Below are positions 1-12,601 of a DNA stretch of 64,000 nucleotides, in pieces. Origin of the DNA: Eledone cirrhosa (Eukaryota). The notes beneath the pieces were generated by a model. It saw only the letters and a list, made by a program, of their open reading frames with translations. It did not search any database and was not told the DNA's origin. How positions within the stretch are numbered: position 1 is the stretch's first letter; each line of letters starts with the position of its first letter. The stretch lies in contig OZ024759.1 in the NCBI GenBank assembly GCA_964016885.1, positions 4,154,001 to 4,218,000 on the forward strand. The letters are read 5' to 3'. The translations under genes and the position numbers were made by a program.

Positions 1-483
1 GCTGTGAAATTCCTCAGTCTAGGACTGCTGGAATTTCAAATTTGGCGGTCATTATGATGCGTGAAGGGACGACTTAGCTGACACGAAAAATAACTGCAGT
101 AAGAAATGTTTTCTTATATCAATGTTTGAAGGGCATCCACTGATGATTTATAAGTGCCCACCTGCATATGTTCTTACAGAAAAATATGTAGGCTTCTACA
201 TAAACCGGAAACATTCTCCCAACTTGTAGAAAACTTATAATGAAACAATTGTTTGGAAAGAGAGATATATTTTAATTTTAATTATATCTCATATAAAATA
301 ATACAACTGGTTTTCCACAAAATACATATAGTTAGCACCCCAAACACAAAATTGGGATTATACTAAGGTATATCCTAATGTTTGTTGAGTGAGATGGTAG
401 TCAGTCAGAGTTTAGCTTAAAGCTTTCTCTGTTATTGTATTAAATATATGTATATATATATATATATATGTATCTATATATAT

Positions 484-3400
484 CACCTTGACCGACCAGT
501 CTGTCGGGCGTCCATTCGACGCCGCTGGTCACAGCACGCCGTCCATTCCTCTCCGTATTGTGCTTTCCTCATCCATGTAGTCCCAATCATATTCCTAAAA
601 TTATCTGCCACCTTCATGGAGGCCTTCCGAGTGGTCGCTTCCACTCGCACGGGTACCACTCCGCAACTGCGCAGGTCCAGTGATTATCGGTGAACCGGGC
701 GGCGTGTCCAGCCCATCTGAACTTGCTGCGTATATATTGCGCGATGACGTCCCTCACACCGGACTTCTGTCTAATGACTTCGCTCCTGATGTGCTCTCTC
801 AACAAGATTCCTAGCATTGATCTCTCCATGGCTCTTTGAGCCGTTACCAGCCTCTGCTCTTCTCTCTTCGTTGTAGCCCAAGATTCACTGCCATATAACA
901 TTGCAGGTAAAACTGTGCTATTGAAGGGGTTGGCGTGGGTGGTCTTGTCCAACCTCCCCTTGAGCACATCCCTTATGCCGCTGAACGCCTTCCATCCCTT
1001 ACTCTCTGCGAGATCAGCCTCTCAATGTATTGGCGCATGTTCACTTCTTGTCCTAGGTAGACGTATTCCTCCACCTCCTCTATTTCATCACCACCAACCA
1101 CCATTCGACCTGTTGGTACGTTGTCGGACCGCATGAAGTTCGTTTTCATGCTGTTCATCTTGAGGCCTACTGCAGAGCTTTTGATGTCGAGCTCCGTCAG
1201 CATGGTCTGAAGCCGATCCGTGGTTTCAGCGATGAGTACGATGTCATCAGCGAAACGGAGGTGGGTAAGTATCTCCCCATTGATGGTGACACCGCCTTGC
1301 CAGTCAATGCCTCTGATGATCTGCTCGAGACACGCGGTGAAAACTTTTGGAGAGATCGTATCTCCTTGCTTCACTCCCTTCTCGACCGGCACTCGTACGG
1401 GTGATGACAGCAGAGCTGTGTCGGTGGTGCATCCGGAATTCGCCTCCTTGAGCAGTTGAACGTATTCTGCCTCGACTCCTTGCCTCTGCAGCGAGTTCAG
1501 CACTGCGTTGATTTCGACGCTGTCGAAGGCCTTCTTGTAGTCTACGAACGCGACGCAAAGAGGCATCTTGTACTCTTTTGCTTGCTCAAGCAGTTGTGTC
1601 AGAGTAAATATGTGGTCCATCGTGCTGTAGTTCTTCCGGAAGCCGGCTTGCTCTTTCGGTTGCGGTTCGTCCAGATGATGTGATAACCTGTTCAGGATTA
1701 TCTTCGTGAACAGCTTGTACACGTGAGACAGCAGGAATATGGGTCAGTAGTTCTTCAGATCTTGTCTATCGCCCTTCTTTTATAGCAGGATGGTATTCGA
1801 CTCTTTCCACTGCGAGGGTATTCTTCCCTCGTCCAGATCGTGTGTGAATCGCTCGGCGAGGATTTTCCAGAGCTGTTCTCCGCCTGACTTCAACACCTCC
1901 GATGTTATTCCGTCTTTCCCTGGCGCCTTTCCGCTTTTCATTACACCGACGGCTCTTTCCACCTCACCGACAAGGATGGGTGGCACATTTTCTTCCTGTT
2001 GGAGTGACGACAACGGCTGCACATTCCCGGCAGACTTGAAGAGCTTGGTGTAGAAGTCTTCGTAAATCTTTTCCATCTCATTCTTGTCGCTGACCGGTAC
2101 TCCAGCTGTGTTCTTCAGGGTCGTCACCTCCGATCTGTACATTGCCATGTCCGTCTCGCATTTCTTGAGGCTCTTCTTTTCCTCTGCGGCCTTCAGGAGC
2201 TTCCCCATCCGGTATGCCTCGAAGTCTCTCTTCAGTTGCCGTATCACTCTGCTGAGAAGGGAATATTCGAGGTGATTTTCAGGTGTCCTCTTCATAATCT
2301 TCCTCTTCTCAAGCAACTTCATAGTTTCCTCCCAGACTCTTCCCTTCCGCTCCTTCGGGCACACACCCTTAGCCTTCCTCAAGCACTCCTTCAGTTTCCT
2401 TATCAGTGAGTCGTAGTCAGCGTCTATGCCGTCTCCTTTACACCACTTTTCCTGCATGATGGCTTCCTGCTGCTGCGCCTCGTTGAAGACCCAGACGCGT
2501 TCTCCCTTCGACGCCAAATGCAGCGCCTTCTTCTCCCTCGTCCGATCGATGACGACCTTCGGCCTCACCAGACGATGATCACTGCCAGTGTTAAATGGCG
2601 TTATGACGGAGACGTCCTGCAGTATACGTCGCTTGTCGACCAGGATGTAGTCGATCTCGTTTCCGTGCTCAGAATTTAGCGATACCCAGGTCATCTTTTC
2701 TCCTCCTTCTTCCTGAATAGGCTGTTTCCGATGTAGAGCCGTCTCATCTCCGCCATGGTGACCAGACACTCTCCTCTCTCATTTCGATCTCCTAGGCCGA
2801 ATTTTCCTACATACTCTTCCCCTTGCCGTCCCTGTCCGACCTTTGCGTTGAAGTCCCCCATCACGACGGTGTAAGTGGACTTCACAGCTAGCACTTTGTC
2901 TAGCTGGCGATAGAATTCTTCCACTTCCTCGTCGTCGCGTAGGTCTGGATGATCTTGAGGGTGGCCTTCCCTGAGAGGTTTATGTTCAGTACACCAATCC
3001 GTGACGATATGAACTGGCAAGAAGTGACCTTCGAAGCCCATTCCTTGCTTACGATAAACCCTATACCAATCTGGCATCCTCTGCTTTCCCGAGTCTCACG
3101 GCGCATCCATCTTGCCATCGGGAATTCGCCTCCTTCTTCTGGCGGGTCTTGCACAGCCCTAACACGTCCCACCTGATCTTCTTCTTCTCCTCCATTAGGT
3201 GGTTCAGTCCTTGCCCCCTGCCAAAGACCTGCAGTTGTATGTGCATATGGCAAGGTTAGTCCTGTTCCATGGCGGCCTTCGGGAACCTGCGATTCTTAGC
3301 AGCCTCTCGTCGCTCGGGTCGCACTCCGCCGTCATGGAGCAGCCCGATTGACTCGCAGGGTACTGAGGCCCTTTTCTTCGTGCTGTTTTAACCATAAGAT

Positions 3401-3510
3401 GACGCCATCCCATTGGCTGGGCGGGCAGGCCGGTACCTCTTCAGTTTAGCTAGCTTTTGAACTCTAGAAGATGATGAATCATCTCTAGGACCCAATTCGG
3501 GTCAAACAAA
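484..3510 (-). mobile_element. Near full-length RTE-clade LINE (APE endonuclease plus RT), frameshifted
   Basis: ORF pieces with CTYNCRSL, VMGDFNAKVG, NEIDYIL, GSDHRLV (APE); QAGFR, FVDYKKAFDS, QGDTISP, LRFADDIV (RT); MLYGSESW...RWAGHAAR...GRPP (RTE C-terminus). Flanked by (TA)n. Confidence 0.92.
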
Positions 3511-3516
3511 TAAAAA

Positions 3517-3548
<32 letters not shown>

Positions 3549-3552
3549 TACA

Positions 3553-3700
3553 TATACTTGGGGAGGTTCATATTGTTGTAATAATATTGCCAGAAATAAT
3601 AACAGAACACACTCACTGTTTGGTTGGTTTTCGCTTCTGTATCTTTTATATCTCCATAGTTAATTTATTTGGCAATCAAAGAACTTTGTTAGACTATATA

Positions 3701-3766
<66 letters not shown>

Positions 3767-3892
3767 ACCATTGGTCAATCAATGCCAAATAAATTAACTA
3801 TGGAGATATAAAAGATACAGAAGCGAAAACCAACCAAACAGTGTTATTATTTCTGGCAATATTATTACAACAATATGAACCTCCCCAAGTAT

Positions 3893-3893
<1 letters not shown>
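3553..3893. repeat. Inverted repeat, ~120-bp arms around a (TA)n spacer
   Basis: tacttggggaggttcatattg...atttatttggca and its reverse complement at ~3782-3893. Confidence 0.85.
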
Positions 3894-3955
<62 letters not shown>

Positions 3956-4734
3956 TATATACACACACACATATATATATACACACACACATATATATAC
4001 ACACACATATATATACACACACATATATATATACACACATATATATATATACATATATATATATACACATCATCATCATCATTCTACGTCCACTTTTCCC
4101 TGCTTGCAAGGGTGGGATGGGAACTGATCCTGGCTTGATTTCTACAGCTGGATGCCCTTCCTAACACCAACCTCATTTACAGTGAGTGCTGGGTGCTTTT
4201 TTTGCCGTGGCACCTCCACGACCACTTTACAGTGGAATGATAGGGACCCCAGTCCCTATCATCTCATTTCTACAGCTGAGTAAACTGGAGCAATGTGAAA
4301 TAAAGTGTCTTGCTCAAGGAAACAACGCATCACGTGGTCTGAGAATTGAACTCACAACCTTTCGATTGCAAGGCCAATGCTCTAACTACTAAGCCATGTG
4401 CCTCCATTCATATATATATACATATATATATATACACACACATATATATCTAAGTCTAAAGTCTGTCTTAAGCCAGCAGGCTCATTTGGCCGGTGCTTAT
4501 ACCGGTTTCATGGCGTGAAGTGAGTGGGAGTACAAGACTACCCCCTGGACAGGATGCCAGTCCATCGCAGGGTTAAACCTCCAGCTATTACTGGTACACA
4601 TTTTCAGCTGAGTAAACTGGAGCAACGTGAAATAAAGTGTCTTTCTCAAGGAAACAACACATCACCCGGTCCAAGAATGGAACTCACACCTTTCGATTGA
4701 AAGCCTAATGCTCTAACCACTAAGCCATGTGCCT

Positions 4735-4781
<47 letters not shown>

Positions 4782-4784
<3 letters not shown>

Positions 4785-5765
4785 AGTATGTATGTATGTA
4801 TACATACATACATATATGTATACAGACGTATAGTAGTATGTATATATATACATACATGCACACATATATATATGTACGTATCAGTTTACCAAACATTTAT
4901 TATAATGCTCGGTTTGTTTGTTTGTAAACAAACAAACAGCCCGAATTACGCCGTACAGTGTTTAGGCAACCACGTCACCTTTTTGTTCAACACTGACACA
5001 GGAATGATGTACTAGTTTCAAGCTTATTAGCTATCGTCAGCATTGTATACCTTCCTGCCAGATGGTTGAACGTCTGAAAGTATATACTTTCCTTATGCAT
5101 ATTAACGGCTGAGCAGCCTAATTTGCATATCGAGTGAGATCAGTCGGCTGGGCACACCGAAAACGATAAATGGAATAGAATGAAATGAAATTTCATTTCT
5201 CACTCTTAGTAAGGCACTTACTTAAATGTAAGTATGTATGTATACGTACATACATATATGTATACAGACGTACAGTAGTATGTATATATATACATACATG
5301 CACACATATATATATGCACGTATCGGTTTACCGAACATTTATTATAATGTTCGGTTTATTTGTTTGTAAACAAACAAACAGCCCGAATTACGCCGTACAG
5401 TGTTTAGGCAACCACGTCACCTTCGTTTCATTCTATTCCATTTATCGTTTTCAGTGTGCCCGGCCGACTGAACTCACTCAATATGCAAATTAGGCTGCTC
5501 AGCCATTAATATGCATAAGGAAAGTATATACTTTCAGATGTTCAACCATCTAGCAGGAAGGTATACGGTGCTGACGATAGCTAATAAGCTTGAAATGAGT
5601 ACATTGTTCCTGTGTCAGTGTTGAACAAAAAGGTGACGTGGTTGCCTAAACATTGTACGGCGTAATTCGGGCTGTTTACAAACAAACAAACCGGACATTA
5701 TAATAAATGTTCAGTAAACCGATACGTGCATATATATATGTGTGCATGTATGTATATATATATAT
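4782..5765. repeat. Direct plus inverted repeat complex (A-B ... A-B'-A')
   Basis: 4782-4980 recurs at 5228-5422. 4981-5190 recurs inverted at 5423-5632, followed by an inverted copy of A. Confidence 0.85.
5005..5045 (-). ncRNA. Minimal hammerhead ribozyme-like motif; second copy at 5566-5606(+)
   Basis: caatg-CTGACGA-tAGCTaataAGCTt-GAAA-CTAG-TA-cat; palindromic loop in place of helix III. Confidence 0.55.
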
Positions 5766-5934
5766 ATATGTATATACATATATATATATATACACACACA
5801 CACACAATTATATAGAACAATAAAATATGGCACCAGATGTTCAACCCAAGACCTTATGATTGAGAACAGCACACCTGTAACCTCTAAGCTATATATCTTC
5901 ACACAGACTTTCTGATAAAGACAGAAGTACCCAC

Positions 5935-6072
5935 CTGACTGACAGTTGTCTCCCCTGAAACCAGCTGCACATCCAACACTAGAACACACCCCAGATTTAA
6001 TGTCGCAATGATCGTTGTCAGCACAGTGGCACAAATACTGACAGTTCAAGCCAAAATAACCCTTTTTACATT
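5935..6072 (-). CDS. EGF-like exon, 138 nt
   Basis: CKKGYFGLNCQYLCHCADNDHCDIKSGVCSSVGCAAGFRGDNCQS; poly-T cag acceptor, gtgggt donor. Confidence 0.9.
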
Positions 6073-6199
6073 CTGAAAAAAAAAAAAAAAGAAAATAGAA
6101 TTATATACACAACATATATATAAAATTATACACAATAACACATATATACAATTATACACAGCTATAACATACATATACACAATTATACATAACTATAAT

Positions 6200-6550
6200 G
6201 CCAATGTGCGTGAATGACCAAGCATAGACGAGTTGAGAAAGAAACTGGGTATAAGAGGGATAAGTTGTGGTGTGTAGGAGAGAAGGCTGAGCTGAGATGG
6301 TATGGACATGTGATGCGCATGGAGGATGACCGCTGGGTAAAGAAGTGCCAAGAAATCCCAGTAGAAGGAAGACGCAGTAGAGGTAGACCATGAAAAACAT
6401 GGGCGGAGGTGGTGAGAGAAGACCTCAAATTGCTGAAACTCACGGAGGAGATGACAAGGGACCGTGACGAATGAAGAGATGCCATGCTTAATAAGACCCG
6501 TCCCACCCTTGCAAGCAGGGAAAAGCGGACGTAAAATGATGATGATGATG
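6200..6550 (+). mobile_element. RTE LINE 3' fragment
   Basis: WYGHVMRMEDDRWVKKC...GRP homology and (TGA)n tail. Confidence 0.8.
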
Positions 6551-7599
6551 ATAATAATAAAATTATTGTGTACAGTGCTCAGGTGCACTACAACTCATCA
6601 ATGGTGAATGTATAGTACATTAGTGAACAGACAGTGAACAGTGTATGAGTCATGAGATACACACAGACACATGCATGCGTGTGTATGGAGGGGGAATATC
6701 AGGTGTAGTGTTGGCGCAAAAAAAAAATAAAAGGAAATGCTTACAGCACCTAGGTTTCTCAAGTGGTTTCCCATCTAAGTACTAACTAGGCTCGAGTCAA
6801 GATATATGTGTGTGTGTGTATGTATGTATGGAGGGGGAATATTAGGTGCAAGGTTGGCGAATTTCAGGCAACATGGAGGTTTTAAAGGATGCAGTGTCCC
6901 GGCAGCTAACAACTGATGCAGGTAGTTTGTTCCATGCTTCAGTGAATTTCAGGAAGCATGGAGGTTTTAAAGGATGCAGTGTCCTGGCAGCACACAACTG
7001 ATGCGGGTAGTTTGTTCCATACTTCAGCAAATTTTTATATATATTGATTGACCAACAGTTAAAAAATATAAATATAAATATAGTTTCTCAGAGTTTTTTC
7101 ATCACATATCTGTGACATCATCAGTGATATTTCTATGCTTGTCATATTCCTGTGATGTTTTCTTATTCTATTTTATTTATTTGCAGTAGTTCCAACGTAA
7201 AAGACTTTCATAATAGTTGATCACTATAAATAACAGTTAGGAAAACCAGATAAAGTACATGTGGAGATAGAAAGAAGTAGACGGAGGGTCCTGTAAGGAA
7301 CAGGTGCAAGTTTGCTTCCTTGCAAATACTTCTGTCTACATCTACCTTTCTCCTGAGATACTTTACTACCCACATTAACCTGTCACCTGTGGTCCATTAC
7401 TGTCTACCAGGAATAATAATTGTTTCTACTTTAGGCACAAGGTCAGAAATTATCCAAGTGTATTACTGGTACTTTATTTTATCGACCCCGTAAGGATGAA
7501 AGGCAAAGTTAACTTCGGTGGGATTTGAACTCAGATTGTAAAGGGACATAACTATGCTGGAAAGCACGGCATCCGACTCTCTACCGATACTGCCATAAT

Positions 7600-8372
7600 A
7601 CAGTTATACTAGTTAGAAGTAGAAATAAAAGACTATTAAACATATGTAGTCATTAATAATATAGTTATACTAGTTAGTAGTAAAAGTAAAAGAGTAATAC
7701 ACCTATGTAGCCATTAATAATATAGTTATACTAGTTAGTAGTAAAAGTAAAAGAGTAATAAACCTATGTAGTCATTAATAATATAGTTATACTAGTTAGT
7801 AGTAAAAGTAAAAGAGTAATAAACCTATGTAGTCATTAATAATATAGTTATACTAGTTAGTAGTAAAAGTAATAGAGTAATAAACCTATGTAGTCATTAA
7901 TAATATAGTTATACTAGTTAGTAGTAAAAGTAAAAGAGTATTAAACATATGTAGTCATTAATAATATAGTTATACTAGTTAGTAGTAAAAGTAAAAGAGT
8001 ATTAAACATATGTAGTCATTAATAATATAGTTATACTAGTTAGTAGTAAAAGTGAAAGAGTAATACACCTATGTAGTCATTAATAATTTAGTTATACTAG
8101 TTAGTAGTAAAAGTGAAAGAGTAATACACCTATGTAGCCATTAATAATATAGTTATACTAGTTAGTAGTAAAAGTAAAAGAGTAATAAACCTATGTAGAC
8201 ATTAATAATATAGTTATACTAGTTAGTAGTAAACGTAAAAGAGTAATAAACATATGTAGACATTAATAATATAGTTATACTAGTTAGTAGTAAAAGTAAA
8301 AGAGTAATAAACATATGTAGACATTAATAATATAGTTATACTAGTTAGTAGTAAACGTAAAAGAGTATTAAA
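7600..8372. repeat. 61-bp AT-rich minisatellite, ~12 copies
   Basis: taataatatagttatactagttagtagtaaaagtaaaagagtaataaacctatgtagtcat. Confidence 0.92.
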
Positions 8373-8377
8373 CCAAC

Positions 8378-8515
8378 CAGTTTGACAATCAGTTCCTATA
8401 TAGCCTGGTTCACAGTTGCCCTCTTCACAAACACCATTGGTTCTGTTGCAGTATTTACTTTCTTCACAATGACAAACCTTTTGACAGTTAGACCCAAAAG
8501 TATTGCTTGGACAGA
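8378..8515 (-). CDS. EGF-like exon, 138 nt
   Basis: CPSNTFGSNCQKVCHCEESKYCNRTNGVCEEGNCEPGYIGTDCQT; atccag acceptor, gttggt donor. Confidence 0.88.
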
Positions 8516-8749
8516 CTGGATGAAATAAAGGATCAAACAGAAATTTAGTAAATTTAACCCTTTAGCATTTACATTACTTTATATATATATACTATTGTAT
8601 TTTTACAGTAAACACTTTATCACATATTATGGAGTCTAGGAGATTTTGATGATGATATTATTTATTTTGAGAAGAATACCTTAATGTCAGTATTGGTGAC
8701 CGGTTATTGAAAGAAGTCAATATATAACCCTTTAGCATTTACATTACTC

Positions 8750-11232
8750 ATAGACATTCAATGTAGAAGAGAACTGGGAGTTCCTAAAAAATAACTTACT
8801 AGAGGCGACGGATGAGGTCTGTGGCTGGAGTAAGACCTCAAGCAGGAGGAGAGTGACTTGGTGGTGGAACAATAAGGTATATGAGGCAGTTAAGGCCAAG
8901 AGACAGGCATGGAAAGAATGGAAGAACGGGGGGAGCAGGGTACATTACATAGAGACCAAGAGGGAAGCTAGGCGACAAGTATACTTAGCTAGGAGGGAAG
9001 CAGAGGATAGAAAATTCAAGCATGTTTTGCAATGTAAGGACCAGAAACAGGAGGTGTTCAAGATTGCGAGGCAGTGTGTCAGAGAGAATTGTGATGTCAT
9101 TGGAGAGAAGTGTATCCGGAATGATAAAGGTGAGCTTGCCCTCACAAGTGCTGAGAAGAAAGATGCATGGAAGAGTCATTATGATAGATTACTAAATGAG
9201 GAGAATGCATGAGAAGAAGAGACCCTACCCCAAGTAGACCCTATAGAGAGGCCAGCAGTACAAGTCAGCAGCAGCGTAGTAAGTAAGGCAATCAAAGATA
9301 TGAAGATGGGGAAGGCAACCGGTCCATCGGGTATAGCTGCTGAGATGCTGAAGGCATCTGGGTCTGTAGGTCACACTATAACCACACGTATTGTTAACCA
9401 GGTAATACTAGAAGGTGTCATACCAAAAGATTGGTGCAGTAGCATTATTGTCAACTGCTACAAAGGTAAAGGTGATGCACTAGATAGAGGAAACTATAGA
9501 GGTATAAAGCTGATGGACCAGGTCATGAAAGTAACAGAAAGAGTTATAGCACAGTTGATTAGGGACCGGGTGAAACTAGATGAGATGCAATTTGGGTTTG
9601 TACCAGGAAGAGGCACCACTGATGCCCTCTTCCTTGTGAGGCAGTACAGGAAAAGTACCTAGCTAAAAGCAAGCCACTCTACCTGCCATTTGTCGATCTC
9701 GAGAAAGCCTTTGACAGAGTTCCACGTGCTGTAATCTGATGGGCTCTTAGAAAACTAGGAGTAGATGAATGGCTTGTGAAAGCGGTACAAGCCATGTATA
9801 GGGGAGCAGTCAGCAAAGTTAGGATTAGCAATGAGTATAGCGAGGAATTTAGCGTACAGGTTGGGGTCCACCAGGGCTCTGTTCTTAGCCCCCTCCTGTT
9901 CATCATAGTCATGCAGGCAATAACGGAGGAGTTTAAGACCGGATGCCCATGGGAACTCCTGTATGCTGATGACCTCGCACTTATAGCTGAATCTATGGTA
10001 GAGCTAGAGAAGAAATTCCAAACCTGGAAGCAGGGACTAGAAAGAAAGGGTCTCAAAGTCAACATGATAAAGACTCAGGTCCTTTTAAGTAGACGAGAAA
10101 ACAGAACCCAGATCCCCTCAGGGAAATGGCCTTGCTCAGTATGTAGGAAAGGTGTAGGTAGGAACTCCATTCCCTGCCCCAAATGCAAACAATGGGTACA
10201 CAAGAGATGTAGCGGGATCTCAGGAAGCTTAATTAAGAATGTAGGCTTCACATGCAGCAGCTGTGCTGGGACAGCATGCAGCAAAAAGCCACAGGAAACA
10301 AGTACCACCAATCTCTCGGAGGGCTCTGTAGAAAGAGTAGACCGCTTCTGCTACCTAGGTGACCGAATTAGCAGCGGAGGTGGGTGTTCAGAAAGTACAA
10401 TAACTAGGGTAAGAACGGGATGGAAGAAGCTTAGGGAACTACTACCACTACTAGCTGCAAAAGGCTTTTCCCTCAAAATGAAAGGCAGACTGTATGATGC
10501 GTGTATCCGAACAGCAATGTTGCATGGTAGTGAGACCTGGGCGCTGAAGGTGGAAGACTTATGTAGATTAGAGAGAAACGAAGCCTTCATGCTCCGATGG
10601 ATGTGTAACAGTAATATACGCGAACGACAAAGCATAAATGAATTGAGAGAGAGACTGAGCATAAGAGGAATCAAATGCTGTGTGCAGGAGAGGCAGTTGC
10701 GTTGGTATGGACATGTGATGCGTATGAAGGATGACAGCTGCATAAAAAGGTGCAGAGCACTAGAAGTCGATGGAAACCGCGGAGTGGGGAGACCCAAGAT
10801 GACCTGGGATGAGGTGATAAAAACCGACCTTACCCAATTCCACCTCTCAAAGGCGATGACACATGACCGTGACCTCTGGCGTCTCGCAGAAATACAGAGT
10901 ACCCGACCTCCCATGGGTACAAGCTGATGCATATAGACAATAAGCCCCCACACCCCCCACTTCAAGGTGGTCGTGGAGGTGCCACGGCAAAAAGCACCCA
11001 GCCCACACTGTAAAGTGGACGTGTAGGCAACACGAAAAAGCACCCAGTACTCACTGTAAATGAGGTTGGTGTTAGGAAGGGCATCCAGCTGTAGAAATCA
11101 AGCCAAATCAGTTCCTGTATGAGCAAAGCATAGTCAGCCGACCAGACACTGCCCACAACAGGACAACCCGTCTAACCCATGCTAGCGTGGAAGAACGGAC
11201 GTAAAACGGTGATGATGATGATGATGATGATG
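8750..11232 (+). mobile_element. 5'-truncated RTE-clade LINE with a Cys/His (PHD-like) insert and (TGA)n tail
   Basis: QFGFVPGRGTTDA, HQGSVLSP, LYADDL, CSVC...CPKC..WVHKRC...CSSC, MLHGSETW, LRWYGHVMR, GRPKMTW; several stops and frameshifts. Confidence 0.92.
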
Positions 11233-11699
11233 ACTCTATATATACTATTGTATTTTCATGGTAAAGGCTTTACCTCACATAAGTATCTCATAATGTCGAA
11301 TCTATGAGATTTTGATTTTATCTATTTTGAGAAGAATACCTTAATGTCAGTATGAGTGGCCAGTTATGGCCGGTTTCAACAGAAAGAGGTGAGAGGATTC
11401 TGGTCAGATATGGCCGGTTTAAATGCTAAAGGGTTAAACACCCCAGTGTTGAAATGTGGTAGTGCTGGTGCCATGATAAAGTGCACCAAGCCTACACTGG
11501 AAAATGGAAGTGTTTGATGCTGTGATAAAATGCATCCAGCCCATACTGTAAAGTGTTAGTGTGGTACCATGATAAAAGTAGCAAGACCACCCTGGCATGT
11601 GGTAAAGGTGGTGCCATGAGGAAATGCACCCAGTACATGCTGTGAGGTAGTGTTAGGAAGGGCATCCAACAATAGAAACTATGCTAGAGAAACACTGGC

Positions 11700-12360
11700 A
11701 CACTTGGAAAATTAGAAGCACACAGGTACAGTGGGAACATCAGAGACACAGTGGGTACTCAAGAGGCACAATGGCTCACTGTGAACATCCAGAAGCACAC
11801 TGGGATATTAGAGGCATACTGGCATACTGGGAACATTGGAGCACAGTGGGAACATCAGAGGCACACTGGAATATCAGTGGACACTAGGTACATAGGAGGC
11901 ATACTGAGAACATCAGAGGCTCACTGGGCACATCAGAGACACACTGGGAATACAAGAGGCACACTGGGAACATCAGAAGCACAGTAGGCACATCCGAGGC
12001 ACACTAGGTATATCAGAGACACACTGGGAACACAAGAGGCAGACTGGGAACATCAGAAGCACAGTAGGTACATCAGAGGCACACTAGGTATATCAGAGAC
12101 ACACTGGGAACACAAGAGGCAGACTGGGAGCATCAGAGGCACAGTTGGCACATCAGAGGCACACTAGGTATATCAGAGACACACTGGGAACACAAGAGGC
12201 AGACTGGGAGCATCAGAGGCACAGTTGGCACATCAGAGGCACACTGAGCACATCAGAGACACACTGGGAATACAAGAGGCATACTGGGAACATCAGAAGC
12301 AGAGTAGGTACACAAGAGGCAGACTGGGAACATCAGAGGCACACAGGGCACATCAGGAGG
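11700..12360. repeat. Degenerate 20-bp minisatellite, ~30 copies, with an 80-bp higher-order pattern
   Basis: gaggcacactgggaacatca variants. Confidence 0.85.
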
Positions 12361-12408
12361 CACGCTGTTAATAAATGAACATTTACAGTTTAAAATAAGC
12401 ATACTAAC

Positions 12409-12546
12409 AAGCTTGGCAGTCATGACCAGTAAAACCAGGTAGACACTTGTTGTTTGGACAGTGTCCAGTTTTAGGGTTACAGTTTGCACTGTCCTTGCAT
12501 TTACAGGGATTTGAACAATGGACACCAAAATAACCAGCTTTACACA
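12409..12546 (-). CDS. EGF-like exon, 138 nt
   Basis: CKAGYFGVHCSNPCKCKDSANCNPKTGHCPNNKCLPGFTGHDCQA; taacag acceptor, gttagt donor. Confidence 0.88.
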
Positions 12547-12601
12547 CTGTTAAAATAAAACAAACAAGTAGAAATATCTAACATTACTTTACAAATATAT
12601 A

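Noticed and set aside
3587-5015. Short YIYI/CVCV-type ORFs here and elsewhere
   Set aside because: Translations of (TA)n and (CA)n microsatellites
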